The position numbers were made by a program, and so were the translations under genes. Positions 38,795-48,477 of a stretch of 64,000 nucleotides of DNA are shown piece by piece. Within the stretch, counting starts at the first letter, position 1, and every line of letters starts with the position of its first letter. The DNA is from Candidatus Parcubacteria bacterium (GTDB taxonomy: Bacteria; Patescibacteriota; Saccharimonadia; UBA4664; JBIOIQ01), in NCBI GenBank assembly GCA_963718875.1, contig OY970378.1, positions 1,011,691-1,075,690 on the forward strand. Direction: 5' to 3'. The notes beneath the pieces are model-generated. The model saw nothing but the letters and a program-made list of their open reading frames with translations. It was not told where the DNA came from and ran no database searches.

Positions 38795-39290
38795 TTTTGA
38801 CGAGCCTCCTCCGCATCCGGGACTTCCGGTGTTGCGACAAGCCAAGCGCTAAGGACTAGTACTCGGGTTGTCGCAGCGGAGGAATAGGCTACTTATACTG
38901 AAATAAGTTGAGTTAGGCAAGCACAAGCGTAACGCAGGCTCCTACTATGCGTCTGTCTTCTTGTCCTCTGCTTGGACTTGCTCCCTTGCTAGTTCGATCA
39001 GGGCCGCGACGAACAAATCGACCCTCGGCTCTTTCTTCTTAACTCCAGTTACTCTGACGCGGCGCTGCGGACGGGGATTGGGTTGCTTTATTGGTACATC
39101 TCATTAATTACCGCGATTGTCGCGCCGACACGAGATATCTGCAAGAGCAAAAAACGGCATTAATGTTGACAATTTGAAACAACCAGAGCATAATATTGTC
39201 CACGAATTGGCATCTCCCGTTGAGTTTCTTTAGCAGGCTGCCGCAATGCAGCAGTCGCCTGCTTCCCGGAACTCAACGCTAGGAGAACTG

Positions 39291-39629
39291 ATGCGTTTCA
39301 TTGACCTGTACAACGTGAGCGTGGAACGCTACTGGACGGCACAAGCCACTCGAGAAGACGGCTCAGCCAACAGCTTCATCAACGTAGCCACCGATGTGGC
39401 CGAAGATCTTGTGACCACTCTCGAAGACTCTGCCGAGCTGCTGGCCGACATTGTCAGGAACTGCCCACCTCCAAACCTTGGCGAGCTCGAAGCCAGCAGC
39501 TGGATCGAGTTCGTCGTATTTCTTTTCTGGAACATGGCCGGCGAACGCGCCAGAACAAACGATCGCATCACGGCCGAGGATGATCGACGCGATCGCATCG
39601 AGGCCCTTCAGAGGGGATCCAGGGCCTAA
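39291..39629 (+). CDS. GC-rich hypothetical protein
   Basis: AGGAG SD; hairpin GGCCCTGCATGCTC...GAGTGTGCAGGGCC downstream. Confidence 0.6.
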   Translation: MRFIDLYNVSVERYWTAQATREDGSANSFINVATDVAEDLVTTLEDSAELLADIVRNCPPPNLGELEASSWIEFVVFLFWNMAGERARTNDRITAEDDRRDRIEALQRGSRA

Positions 39630-39918
39630 CGGCCGACAGACTCGCACTGGCCCTGCATGCTCACATCGAGTGTGCAGGGCCGTTTCATTAAGTATTGTTT
39701 GCAAGAAAAAAATGAATCGACATTGAACCACACTGCGAGAAGTTGAATCACTAGGCAACATTACAGACTTCAAGCGGACCTATCGAAAGGGGATAGAGCA
39801 ACTTCTTACTTAATTGCCTGACATTTTGCTGCTCACGACAAGTGCCCCTAAATACAAAAAAGAGACTTTGCTAAGTCTCTTTTCTATACTTTTGTGTAAT
39901 TACACAGGTGTTTTTCGA

Positions 39919-39994
39919 TGGTGCGCCTGAAGGGACTCGAACCCCCGACACCCAGATCCGGAATCTGGTGCTCTATCCACTGAGCTACAGGCGC
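39919..39994 (-). tRNA. tRNA-Arg(CCG)
   Basis: anticodon arm CCAGA-TT-CCG-GA-TCTGG; GGTTCGAGTCC; CCA. Confidence 0.96.
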
Positions 39995-40050
39995 GTGTAG
40001 GTAATTATAGCCTATACATTCACCTACATCCCCGCTACAATCGATGCGTT

Positions 40051-41349
40051 ATGCCTAAATCAATCAAAATTACCGGTGGAAGACCCTTGCGGGGCGAGGT
40101 TACTATTAGTGGAGCCAAAAACGCCGCTACCAAGATGATGATAGCGAGCCTGCTGACGGACGAGCCGGTAGTTTTGCACAATTGCCCGCAGATTGGGGAC
40201 GTTGAAATAACGGCCGAAATTTGCCGGGCGGTGGGTGCAAAAGTGACGTTTGACGGTTCAACGGTTAGCCTCCATACGCCAAAAATATTGCGGCCAGCAG
40301 TTAAGCGGTTAAGCCAAAATAATCGCATTTCGGTTTTAGCTATTTCGCCTTTACTGCACCGCGCCGGTAGCGCTGCTGTACCAAAAGTATCGGGTGACTT
40401 TATTGGACCGAGGCCGGTTAACTTTCATCTTGATGCTTTGCGAAAAATGGGAGCAAACATCGAAGAAACTAGTAAAGGCTACAAGGCAAAAGCTACAGGA
40501 CTCCATGGAACGTCCATCACCTTGCCGTATCCAAGTGTTGGTGCGACGGAAAACGTTATTTTTGCGGCTGTTCTTGCCCAAGGTAGGACGATTATCAAAA
40601 ATGCGGCTACTGAGCCGGAAATAACCGACATCATTAAGATGCTCCAACGCATGGGAGCGATCATTGAGTTTCGGGCCAACCGAACCATCATTATTGACGG
40701 CGTAGAAAGACTGGGCGGCGTAGAGTACAGCATAATCCCCGACCGCATTGAGGCCGCTTCATATGCCATTATGGCCGTAGCAACGGACGGGGACATTTTG
40801 GTTAAAGGTGCAAGGCAAGAAGACCTCATGACCCTCCTCAATACCATAAGACGAATTGGGGCAGACTATACAATTGAGGAAGGCGGAATTCGCTTTAAAA
40901 GGATAGGCCGGACATTAATTGGTATTGAGCTTGAAACCGATACCCATCCCGGATTTATGACTGACTGGCAACAGCCTATGGTGGTACTCTTAACCCAGGC
41001 TGAAGGGATTTCGGTAGTACATGAAACGGTTTATGAAGATCGTTTTGGGTATGTTGAAACACTAAAGGCGATGGGATCAAGCATTACGGTTTTTAGTAAA
41101 TGTTTGGGTGAACTACCTTGCCGATTTAACGGTGAGGGTTATAAACACAGTGCCGTCATTAAGGGTCCTACGCCTTTACGTTCAGCCAAAGTGGTGATTC
41201 CAGATATTCGGGCCGGGATGGCTCAAGTCATCGCAGCATTAATAGCCGAGGGCACTTCGGAGTTGACGGGGTTAGAGCACTTGTTGCGCGGATACGAGAA
41301 CTTGCTTGATAAATTGAAGTCCGTGGGCGCGGATTTTAGCGCCAAATAG
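40051..41349 (+). CDS. murA: UDP-N-acetylglucosamine 1-carboxyvinyltransferase
   Basis: SGAKNAA, IGPRPVNFH, PSVGATEN, PDRIEA, HPGFMTDWQ, PDIRAG. Confidence 0.97.
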   Translation: MPKSIKITGGRPLRGEVTISGAKNAATKMMIASLLTDEPVVLHNCPQIGDVEITAEICRAVGAKVTFDGSTVSLHTPKILRPAVKRLSQNNRISVLAISPLLHRAGSAAVPKVSGDFIGPRPVNFHLDALRKMGANIEETSKGYKAKATGLHGTSITLPYPSVGATENVIFAAVLAQGRTIIKNAATEPEITDIIKMLQRMGAIIEFRANRTIIIDGVERLGGVEYSIIPDRIEAASYAIMAVATDGDILVKGARQEDLMTLLNTIRRIGADYTIEEGGIRFKRIGRTLIGIELETDTHPGFMTDWQQPMVVLLTQAEGISVVHETVYEDRFGYVETLKAMGSSITVFSKCLGELPCRFNGEGYKHSAVIKGPTPLRSAKVVIPDIRAGMAQVIAALIAEGTSELTGLEHLLRGYENLLDKLKSVGADFSAK

Positions 41350-41358
41350 TCTAGATCA

Positions 41359-41412
41359 GAAGTCAGACTTCAAATCTAGACCACCTAAGCATGGTTATTA
41401 AAGTCTGACTTT
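41359..41412. repeat. REPIN-like doublet, AAGTCnGACTT family (copy 4, inverted)
   Basis: GAAGTCAGACTTCAAATC...TTAAAGTCTGACTTT. Confidence 0.8.
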
Positions 41413-41609
41413 TAAATCAAGCATTGGCCGCTCCTACCGTTCAGGATCTCTTAACCTGTACTGCGTTCTCGCGTTCTTAGTTCAAGAGGCCCTGAATCGA
41501 GTTCAGGGTGACAACTAAGGGCTTTGGTAGGGATGAAATGAGCTAAACAGTTGTATAATTTACACATTTGTGCTGTAATAAATGCACGACCATATATGGG
41601 AGGGTTTTC

Positions 41610-41852
41610 ATGACTCTATTGGTTTTCGGAGCGCAGTGGTTGAGTGTCGGTCTGGTATCGGCGCTGGTTTGGGCCGTAACGGCCAAACGGATGGGACGAA
41701 TTCGACGAGACGGTGATGTCTCCGGCTTCATCTTCATCATTCTTTTAGGGCCAATCGCGGGCTTCGTGGCTATCTATGACAGCACCATCCATGAAGAGCT
41801 CGAAGAGGGAGAAGCAGAGCGAATTAGGGCCGGAACCGCGTCAACGACGTAA
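41610..41852 (+). CDS. small membrane protein
   Basis: GGGAGG SD, 2 TM, terminator at 41868-41904. Confidence 0.6.
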   Translation: MTLLVFGAQWLSVGLVSALVWAVTAKRMGRIRRDGDVSGFIFIILLGPIAGFVAIYDSTIHEELEEGEAERIRAGTASTT

Positions 41853-41917
41853 ACCCCAGGCCATTGAGGTGGCGGGACGGGCTCACCAGAGTTCGTCCCG
41901 CCACAACGTTTTATAAA

Positions 41918-43711
41918 TTACTTATATCCTTCCGCCTGCAGTTCAAATAATTCGCGATAATGGCCACCCTTAATTTTCACCAAATCATTGTGAGTACCAT
42001 GTTCAATTAGCCGGCCTTTGTCCATGACGTAGATGTGGTCGGCGTTACGAACCGTACTAAAACGGTGGGAAATAATGATGGTGGTTTTATCTTTTTGGGT
42101 TTTATTAATCTGCTGAAATATTTCGTATTCTCCCCGAGCATCAATAGCGCTAGTTGGTTCGTCTAGAATCAAAATCCCGGCGTTACGAAAAAAAGTCCGG
42201 GCAAGCGCAATGCGCTGCCATTGTCCGCCCGACGGCTCTATCCCCTCCGCAAACGAACGATCTAATATTTGGTGGTATTTTTTGTTGTAACGCTCGATAA
42301 AATCATTAGCGCCAGCCGCTTTTGATGCCTTGATCATCCGGGTGTCGTTATGATAATCCAGCACATCGCCCAGCTTAATGTTGTCGCCTGCCGACAAATA
42401 ACCGTAGTGGTTGAAATCTTGGAACAGTACCCCTATATGGCGGTACCAGTCAGACAGTTTAAGCTCTTTAATATTGTGGCCGTTGATTAATATCTCGCCT
42501 TCATCAACGTCATAAAACCGCATCAAGAGCTTGATGAGAGTGGTTTTACCGGCGCCGTTTTCGCCTACTATTGCGACTGCCTCACCGGGCTGGATGACCA
42601 TGGAGAAGTCTTTAAAAATGTAGTTTTTGGTGTGGGGATATTTAAAGGAAATATTTTTTACCTCAATGAGCGGAACTTCTTTGGCTGGCAATGAAACTGG
42701 CTGGGCTGGCTCAACTACTCTTGGTTCAAGCGCCAGTAAATCAAATGTATCTTCAATGTAACGCTGGTTGTCTTGCATGCGCTGGTATGCGGTAGATAGG
42801 CTAGTGAGACTCCCTGAAAAATTATTCACAACTTGGCGGTAAAACTGAAAATCCCCTAAGCCAAATTTGCTGCCTCGCCCTAAAACTTTCAAGAGCAGCC
42901 ATATGTCCACACCCAGCTCAACGGCGCCACTCAATATAGCTGCACCGCTACGGCGCTTCAATGCCCGCTTTTCGATTTTGACGTCTAAGTCTTTAAATCT
43001 TTGAAAAAAAGTTTTCCATAAACCCACCATGTGGTTATAAATACCGGTCATTTTAATTTCTTTGACCATTTCCGGGTTAAGCAGGGTGGTGCGTGAGTTC
43101 CACATATGACGCCAGTCATCACCAATAATGTCCCAGCGGCGCCAACGTTCTAAACTGGTTTGAGTCTCAATTATTACGACGGGCGCAACTGAAATTAATA
43201 AAACAAACAACAAAATGGGGTTTAATAGCACTAAGGCGGCTGCAGCTACCAATAAGGTTACGAGGGAGGAAATAAGTTGGAATAGATTGGTCGAAAATTG
43301 TGTTAAGGCATAGCGGTTTTCGTCCACTTTGGCTAGTTGGGTATTAAAGCTGGGGTCTTCATAGTAGCTTTGATCTAGACGTTGAAACTGGCTAAACAGT
43401 CGCTGCTGCAAGTGCATATCAAAACGATAATCCGTGACGGAACTCCAGTATCTATCGAGGCTTGCCAGTAGCTGGCCAAGAAAGCTAAGCCCAGCCACTA
43501 AGGCTGTCAGGGCAAATATGGGCGTTGTTGAGCCGTTATGATCTACCAGGTAATTGACCACAAGATTAATAATGCGGCCAGCCAGGTAAGCGTTGGCTAG
43601 AGGCAAAATGCCCTGTAGTATTTGAAGGACGAAGCGGCCAAAATAAAGTAAAGGGGATGTTTCCCAAGCAAAAAGCACAGCCCGCTTGGTTGTTTGCCAA
43701 AACTTTTTCAT
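41918..43711 (-). CDS. ABC transporter, fused permease/ATPase
   Basis: GENGAGKTT, PSGGQWQRIALAR, ILDEPTS, ISHRFST. Confidence 0.95.
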   Translation of the reverse strand: MKKFWQTTKRAVLFAWETSPLLYFGRFVLQILQGILPLANAYLAGRIINLVVNYLVDHNGSTTPIFALTALVAGLSFLGQLLASLDRYWSSVTDYRFDMHLQQRLFSQFQRLDQSYYEDPSFNTQLAKVDENRYALTQFSTNLFQLISSLVTLLVAAAALVLLNPILLFVLLISVAPVVIIETQTSLERWRRWDIIGDDWRHMWNSRTTLLNPEMVKEIKMTGIYNHMVGLWKTFFQRFKDLDVKIEKRALKRRSGAAILSGAVELGVDIWLLLKVLGRGSKFGLGDFQFYRQVVNNFSGSLTSLSTAYQRMQDNQRYIEDTFDLLALEPRVVEPAQPVSLPAKEVPLIEVKNISFKYPHTKNYIFKDFSMVIQPGEAVAIVGENGAGKTTLIKLLMRFYDVDEGEILINGHNIKELKLSDWYRHIGVLFQDFNHYGYLSAGDNIKLGDVLDYHNDTRMIKASKAAGANDFIERYNKKYHQILDRSFAEGIEPSGGQWQRIALARTFFRNAGILILDEPTSAIDARGEYEIFQQINKTQKDKTTIIISHRFSTVRNADHIYVMDKGRLIEHGTHNDLVKIKGGHYRELFELQAEGYK

Positions 43712-43755
43712 TTAGTAATCATAACAATAAACACTCGCGGTCGGAAAGTCCTGGC

Positions 43756-43787
43756 AGCAGGACGAGGCGCGAGCGCCCCGCCCTGCT
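43756..43787 (-). repeat. hairpin repeated after both PurH-N genes
   Basis: GCAGGACGAGGCGCGAGCGCCCCGCCCTG; near-identical copy at ~44467-44495. Confidence 0.75.
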
Positions 43788-43802
43788 GTTTGATGTCGCA
43801 CT

Positions 43803-44361
43803 TCAGCCCAGCTGTTCCAACACCCACGCCGCAACCCCAGCTGCATAGTTGCGGCAGTACTTCACTGCCTTGCCCGTGAGATAAACGCGCATTCCTCCGG
43901 AAAGCACGTTGTCGTGTGCCTGAAGATCTGACAGCACGGCGGAGTAGTTCTCGGGGTCAACCACAATGAATGGACCATCTTCGTGGTTCTTGATGCACCC
44001 CCAAATCATACTTGGGCCACCGACGTCGATACCGGCGAAAGAAGAAGGAGGGGTGGGATAGAGATTGCAAACCACTGCGTCTATATGACCGTAGCCTGCT
44101 GCAGCCAGCTCTGCCACATCCTCCTCCACGGATCTCCGAGCCAGAATGGGTCCGTGGATCCCGGGGTGCAAGGTCTTAACTCGACCTCCCATCATCTCTG
44201 GCTGACCAGTGACCTGCGCGACTGAGGTGAAGTCGATGCCCGCTTCAGCCAGAAAATCTCCTGTACCGCCACTGGCCACGATCTCCCAGCCCAGCTGCTT
44301 GAGCCGTTTTAGCGAAGACCCGAAGGCCTTTGGTGTTTGAGACGGAAATCAGAACGCGCAT
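43803..44361 (-). pseudogene. purH: PurH N-terminal (IMP cyclohydrolase/MGS-like) domain with a +1 frameshift
   Basis: MRVLISVSNTKGLRVFAK, then after removing one base at GCTAAAACGG (~44307-44310) RLKQLGWEIVASGGT...GGRVKTLHP...VCNLYP...IDVGGPSMI. Confidence 0.75.
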
Positions 44362-44507
44362 ACGACGTGCTCCTTCTGGAGAAATGGCCGGAACAGTTTC
44401 CGACGGGGTAATTATGGGTTCAAGGATAAAACTAAGCAAGCGTAAGCGATTAATAAGTGTTGGGAAGCAGGACGAGGCGCGAACGCCCCGTCCTGGTGGG
44501 CTGTCGA

Positions 44508-45068
44508 TCAGTGCGGAGGTGGTCCCATCTCTCTAAACAGATCAAGGACAGATTGCGAGTACAGCGTTGTGTACTCGTACGTCTTAAGCGCCAGATTCCA
44601 CCTTGTGTAATCAGACAGCTGCCCTCCGTTGCTGCCTAACTCATCGATCACACTGGGATAGTCACCTGGATCTACTAGCACAACCACATGTCGCCAGTTG
44701 GCTGCTGCCGTCCAAAGGAGGGCATGCCCTCCATGATCTCCTCCGTCAAGACCAGGCTTCCTTAAATTGCAAACGACCCAGTCGATTGGACGAGAAAGGA
44801 TTGCCTTCAACCAAGCCATGTCGGACTCGACGTCACGGTGAGCTCCAATAGCAGAAAAGATGCCTGGATCTACTGCCCTCCGCCTTCTACCACCTTCAAC
44901 TTCCTCGAAGAGCAGAGCTGGTTTGTATTCACGGATGGGCCGACGAGTTGTACCCAAGGCTTCCTTAGTGCCTCCGCCGGCCATGAGGGTCAGTCCGAGT
45001 GCTTCGAGCGTGTCTGCCAGCTCTTCCAAGCCAGTCTTGTCATCAACGCTCAACAGTGCATACGCCAT
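44508..45068 (-). CDS. divergent PurH N-terminal (IMP cyclohydrolase/MGS-like) domain protein
   Basis: ALLSVDDKTGL, AGGGT, IDWVVCNL, AAANWRHVVVLVDPGDY. Confidence 0.75.
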   Translation of the reverse strand: MAYALLSVDDKTGLEELADTLEALGLTLMAGGGTKEALGTTRRPIREYKPALLFEEVEGGRRRRAVDPGIFSAIGAHRDVESDMAWLKAILSRPIDWVVCNLRKPGLDGGDHGGHALLWTAAANWRHVVVLVDPGDYPSVIDELGSNGGQLSDYTRWNLALKTYEYTTLYSQSVLDLFREMGPPPH

Positions 45069-45166
45069 GCGAGTCGCTCCTTGTCGAAAGAAAAGGCCGG
45101 GCTGTCCGGCGGAGCTATTATGCTTGTTAAAGCCGTTATTTGCAAGCTTAAGCTTTTTTTTCTATC

Positions 45167-45333
45167 TGTCATTCCCTACCGGAAACCAAACTCCACCATT
45201 GCCTAGTTTGGTGCTCCGGATAGGGAATCCAGGCATTTTTAGCTTTCACATTTTTATTTTCTTTTCTGGGCCCCCTATCCGGAGCGCAGATGAGCTTTTA
45301 ACAGTTTGTACCGGCTTCCGATAGGGGGTGACA
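45167..45333. repeat. inverted pair of expanded REPs (copies C and D)
   Basis: TGTCATTCCCTACCGGA...GCTCCGGATAGGGAATCCAG and inverted CTGGGCCCCCTATCCGGAGCGC...CTTCCGATAGGGGGTGACA. Confidence 0.8.
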
Positions 45334-45373
45334 AAAAAGACACAAGGAGAGACGCGCATGACAGGGCGCTTTA

Positions 45374-45448
45374 AGTTGCACGGGTGCCTCCCGTGTCGAT
45401 AGTAATTGTTACTCAAAAGCCGATTACACGGGAGGCACCCGTGCAACT
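45374..45448. repeat. REPIN-like perfect 23-bp inverted repeat
   Basis: AGTTGCACGGGTGCCTCCCGTGT...ACACGGGAGGCACCCGTGCAACT. Confidence 0.8.
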
Positions 45449-45507
45449 ATGGCATGACATGGATGGCTTGATCGCTTATACTGCCTTTATATAAAGGTAG
45501 TCAGCGG

Positions 45508-48477
45508 TTGGCAGACGTGCACAAAATTGAAGTCATACCCAAAACCAGTGACTCGCGAGCCGAGCAACTGCTGCGACTGTGGGGCGAGCAAACCAAGGGT
45601 AAAGTTAAAACTGTATGGCTGCGCGACGCCTACACTATTACAAAACCACTCGACTCCAAACAGGCCGGAAATGTGGCGGCAATGCTAACCAACCCGGTAA
45701 CCCAAACCGTAGAAGTCCACCCTGACACCCGTCATGGAGTGCCTCAAGAAGCTTTTGATTGGTCAATTGAAATCGGTTATTTGCCTGGTGTAACAGATAA
45801 CGTTGGCCATACCGCCAGGGTTAGTATCGAAGATTTGCTGGGTACCCCTTTTGTAGATCAGGAGGCGGTTTACTCATCGCAGATTATTTTAATTGAAGCC
45901 GAGCTTGACCGGGCTGAGGTAGATGATTTGGCAGCGGGGCTGGCGAACCGTTTGATTCAACGTATCGTTGTGCAATCGCATAGTGCTTGGGAAGATGGCG
46001 AAGCTGCTAAAATTGTGGTGCCTCAGGTTAAACTAAAACCGCCTGCCCCACCCACATTGATTGACCTAGATGTGAGTGATGATGAACTGGTAGCAATCGG
46101 CCAAAAGGGCATCGCAAATGAAAACGGCAATCGCCGCGGCCCGCTGGCTCTAGACCTAGCTAGCATGAAAGCAATTCAAGCCTACTTTGCCAAGCTGGAG
46201 CGCAAGCCGACAGACATTGAACTTGAATCCATAGCCCAGACTTGGTCTGAACATTGTAAACACACTATTTTTGCTGGACCATTGGATGAAATTGAAGACG
46301 GAATTTACAAAACCTACATCAAAGCTGCCACCCAAAAGGTACGAGCCGACAAAGGCAGTCGGGATCTGTGCGTTTCAGTGTTTACCGATAACGCCGGAGC
46401 CATTCGGTTCGATGATGACTATCTTGTAACACATAAAGTTGAAACCCATAATAGCCCGTCGGCACTGGATCCGTTTGGTGGCGCAATTACCGGTATTGTA
46501 GGCGTTAACCGCGACACCATGGGGTTTGGGATGGGCGCAAAACCAGTCATAAACGTCTATGGTTTTTGCTTGGCCGATCCAGAAGACAAAGCACTGCTCT
46601 ATCGCGACCCAAAGCTAACATCGGCCATGCTTCCGCCGGCCCGGATTATGAGCGGGGTGATTGCAGGAGTAAATGCCGGTGGTAACCAATCGGGTATCCC
46701 CTCCCCTCAGGGCTTCATGTTTTTCGATGAGCGCTATAAGGGAAAGCCACTGGTATTCGCAGGTACGCTGGGAATTATTCCGAACAAAGTCGGGGGCAAA
46801 GATTCCCACGAAAAGCAGGCTCGTCCAGGAGATTTAATCGTAGTCATGGGCGGACGCGTAGGCCTAGATGGCATTCATGGTGCCACATTTGCTTCGGTCG
46901 CATTAGATGAAGATAGTCCAGCAGCAGCAGTCCAAATAGGCGACCCGATTACCCAAAAGAAAATGAGCGATGCTTTGATCAAAGAGGCCCGCGATGCAGG
47001 ATTGTATTCGAGTATTACCGATAACGGCGCCGGTGGATTGTCCTGTAGTGTGGCCGAAATGGCCAAAGAAGCCGGTGGTTTTGAGGTGCAAATTGAAAAA
47101 GTGCCGTTAAAGTATCCTAACCTGGCCCCTTGGCAAACCTGGGTGTCTGAGAGCCAGGAGCGAATGACCCTGTCGGTGCCGGCAGAGCATTGGGAAGCGC
47201 TCAACGACCTGATGAAGAGTCGTGGTGTAGAGGCGATGGTGATCGGAACCTTTACTGATACTGGACGCGGGTTGGTGACGGACGACGGGGAAACGGTACT
47301 CGACATTGACTTGGAGTTTTTACATGATGGGCTGCCAAAAACGGCGCGTTCAAGCAATAATTACCACCCGCCGAAGGTAGCTGAATCAACATTGCCTGAG
47401 CCAAGCGATTGGAACCAGGCAGTACTTAAATTATTGGGGTCGTTGAATTTGGCTAGCTTTGAGTTTTTATCAAGCCAATACGATCACGAGGTTCAGGCCG
47501 GTTCGGTGTTAAAACCGCTCCAGGGGCGCGGAAGGGTTAACTCGGAGGCAAGTGTAACGCGTCCGGTTTTGTCCTCGCCCAAGGGGGTGGTTTTGTCGCA
47601 AGGCCTTTACCCGTCTTACAGCGAAATGGATCCTTACGCAATGGCGGCAGCTAGCATCGACACGGCCATTCGTAACGTTGTGGCAGCTGGTGCGGATCCT
47701 GACACAATTGCACTTCTGGATAATTTTTGCTGGTGCAGCTCTAATGATCCTGAACGTTTGGGCCAACTCAAACTAGCAGCCCAAGCCTGCTATGACTATG
47801 CCGTAGCATTTGGAGCGCCGTTTATATCTGGTAAAGACAGTATGTTTAACGACTTTAAAGGCTTTGACGCGAACGGTAACCCAATTCAAATTTCCATACC
47901 CCCTACTTTGCTTGTTTCCAGTATGGGGTTGATTAATGATGCTAGTAAGGCAGTATCGATTGATCTTAAAAAAGCCGGTGATGTGATTTACTTGCTCGGA
48001 GAAACGGCCGACGAGTTAGGGGGATCAGAATACTCGCGAGTTGCTGAGTTGTCAGGCGGCCAGGTACCGCAGGTAGACGCTAAGCGTAATTTACCCATTT
48101 ACCAGTCGTTGGCTCGAGCAATTAATAGAGATTTGGTGGCTTCAAGTATAAGCGTGACCCGCGGTGGCCTGGCAATGGCAGTGGTGAAGACGGCCCTTGC
48201 AGGGCGACTGGGAGTGAACGTTTCGATTGATGAGATACCTGGAGCTGCCTCTGGTTCTGTAGCTAGATTGTTTAGCGAGTCGCAAGGCCGGATAGTGGTT
48301 TCAGTGGCTCCGGAAAACCAAGCCGCTTTTGAGAAAGAAATGGGGTCGACTATGGGTCAGATTGGGTCTGTCACGGATGATGGTGCGATTACGATCACAG
48401 CGAATGGATCAGTTTTAGTGAAAGTGCCAGTCGACGATGCGCTCGAAACATATCGAAAAAGGTTTAAAGACGTATGA
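45508..48477 (+). CDS. purL: phosphoribosylformylglycinamidine synthase PurL with a PurS-like N-terminal extension
   Basis: QTWSEHCKH, KVETHNSPS, DGIHGA, DNGAGG, SESQERM, ISGKDS; YLPGVTDNVG PurS-like motif. Confidence 0.96.
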   Translation: MADVHKIEVIPKTSDSRAEQLLRLWGEQTKGKVKTVWLRDAYTITKPLDSKQAGNVAAMLTNPVTQTVEVHPDTRHGVPQEAFDWSIEIGYLPGVTDNVGHTARVSIEDLLGTPFVDQEAVYSSQIILIEAELDRAEVDDLAAGLANRLIQRIVVQSHSAWEDGEAAKIVVPQVKLKPPAPPTLIDLDVSDDELVAIGQKGIANENGNRRGPLALDLASMKAIQAYFAKLERKPTDIELESIAQTWSEHCKHTIFAGPLDEIEDGIYKTYIKAATQKVRADKGSRDLCVSVFTDNAGAIRFDDDYLVTHKVETHNSPSALDPFGGAITGIVGVNRDTMGFGMGAKPVINVYGFCLADPEDKALLYRDPKLTSAMLPPARIMSGVIAGVNAGGNQSGIPSPQGFMFFDERYKGKPLVFAGTLGIIPNKVGGKDSHEKQARPGDLIVVMGGRVGLDGIHGATFASVALDEDSPAAAVQIGDPITQKKMSDALIKEARDAGLYSSITDNGAGGLSCSVAEMAKEAGGFEVQIEKVPLKYPNLAPWQTWVSESQERMTLSVPAEHWEALNDLMKSRGVEAMVIGTFTDTGRGLVTDDGETVLDIDLEFLHDGLPKTARSSNNYHPPKVAESTLPEPSDWNQAVLKLLGSLNLASFEFLSSQYDHEVQAGSVLKPLQGRGRVNSEASVTRPVLSSPKGVVLSQGLYPSYSEMDPYAMAAASIDTAIRNVVAAGADPDTIALLDNFCWCSSNDPERLGQLKLAAQACYDYAVAFGAPFISGKDSMFNDFKGFDANGNPIQISIPPTLLVSSMGLINDASKAVSIDLKKAGDVIYLLGETADELGGSEYSRVAELSGGQVPQVDAKRNLPIYQSLARAINRDLVASSISVTRGGLAMAVVKTALAGRLGVNVSIDEIPGAASGSVARLFSESQGRIVVSVAPENQAAFEKEMGSTMGQIGSVTDDGAITITANGSVLVKVPVDDALETYRKRFKDV

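Larger units (their letters stand above)
37436..39938. mobile_element. 2.5-kb integrase-less islet at the tRNA-Arg(CCG) 3' end
   Basis: bounded by 20-bp direct repeats of the tRNA 3' end; contains only ORFans. Confidence 0.65.

Noticed and set aside
39623-39690. Integron attC sites after the GC-rich ORFs
   Set aside because: No consistent RYYYAAC...GTTRRRY boxes and no IntI; the hairpins look like terminators.
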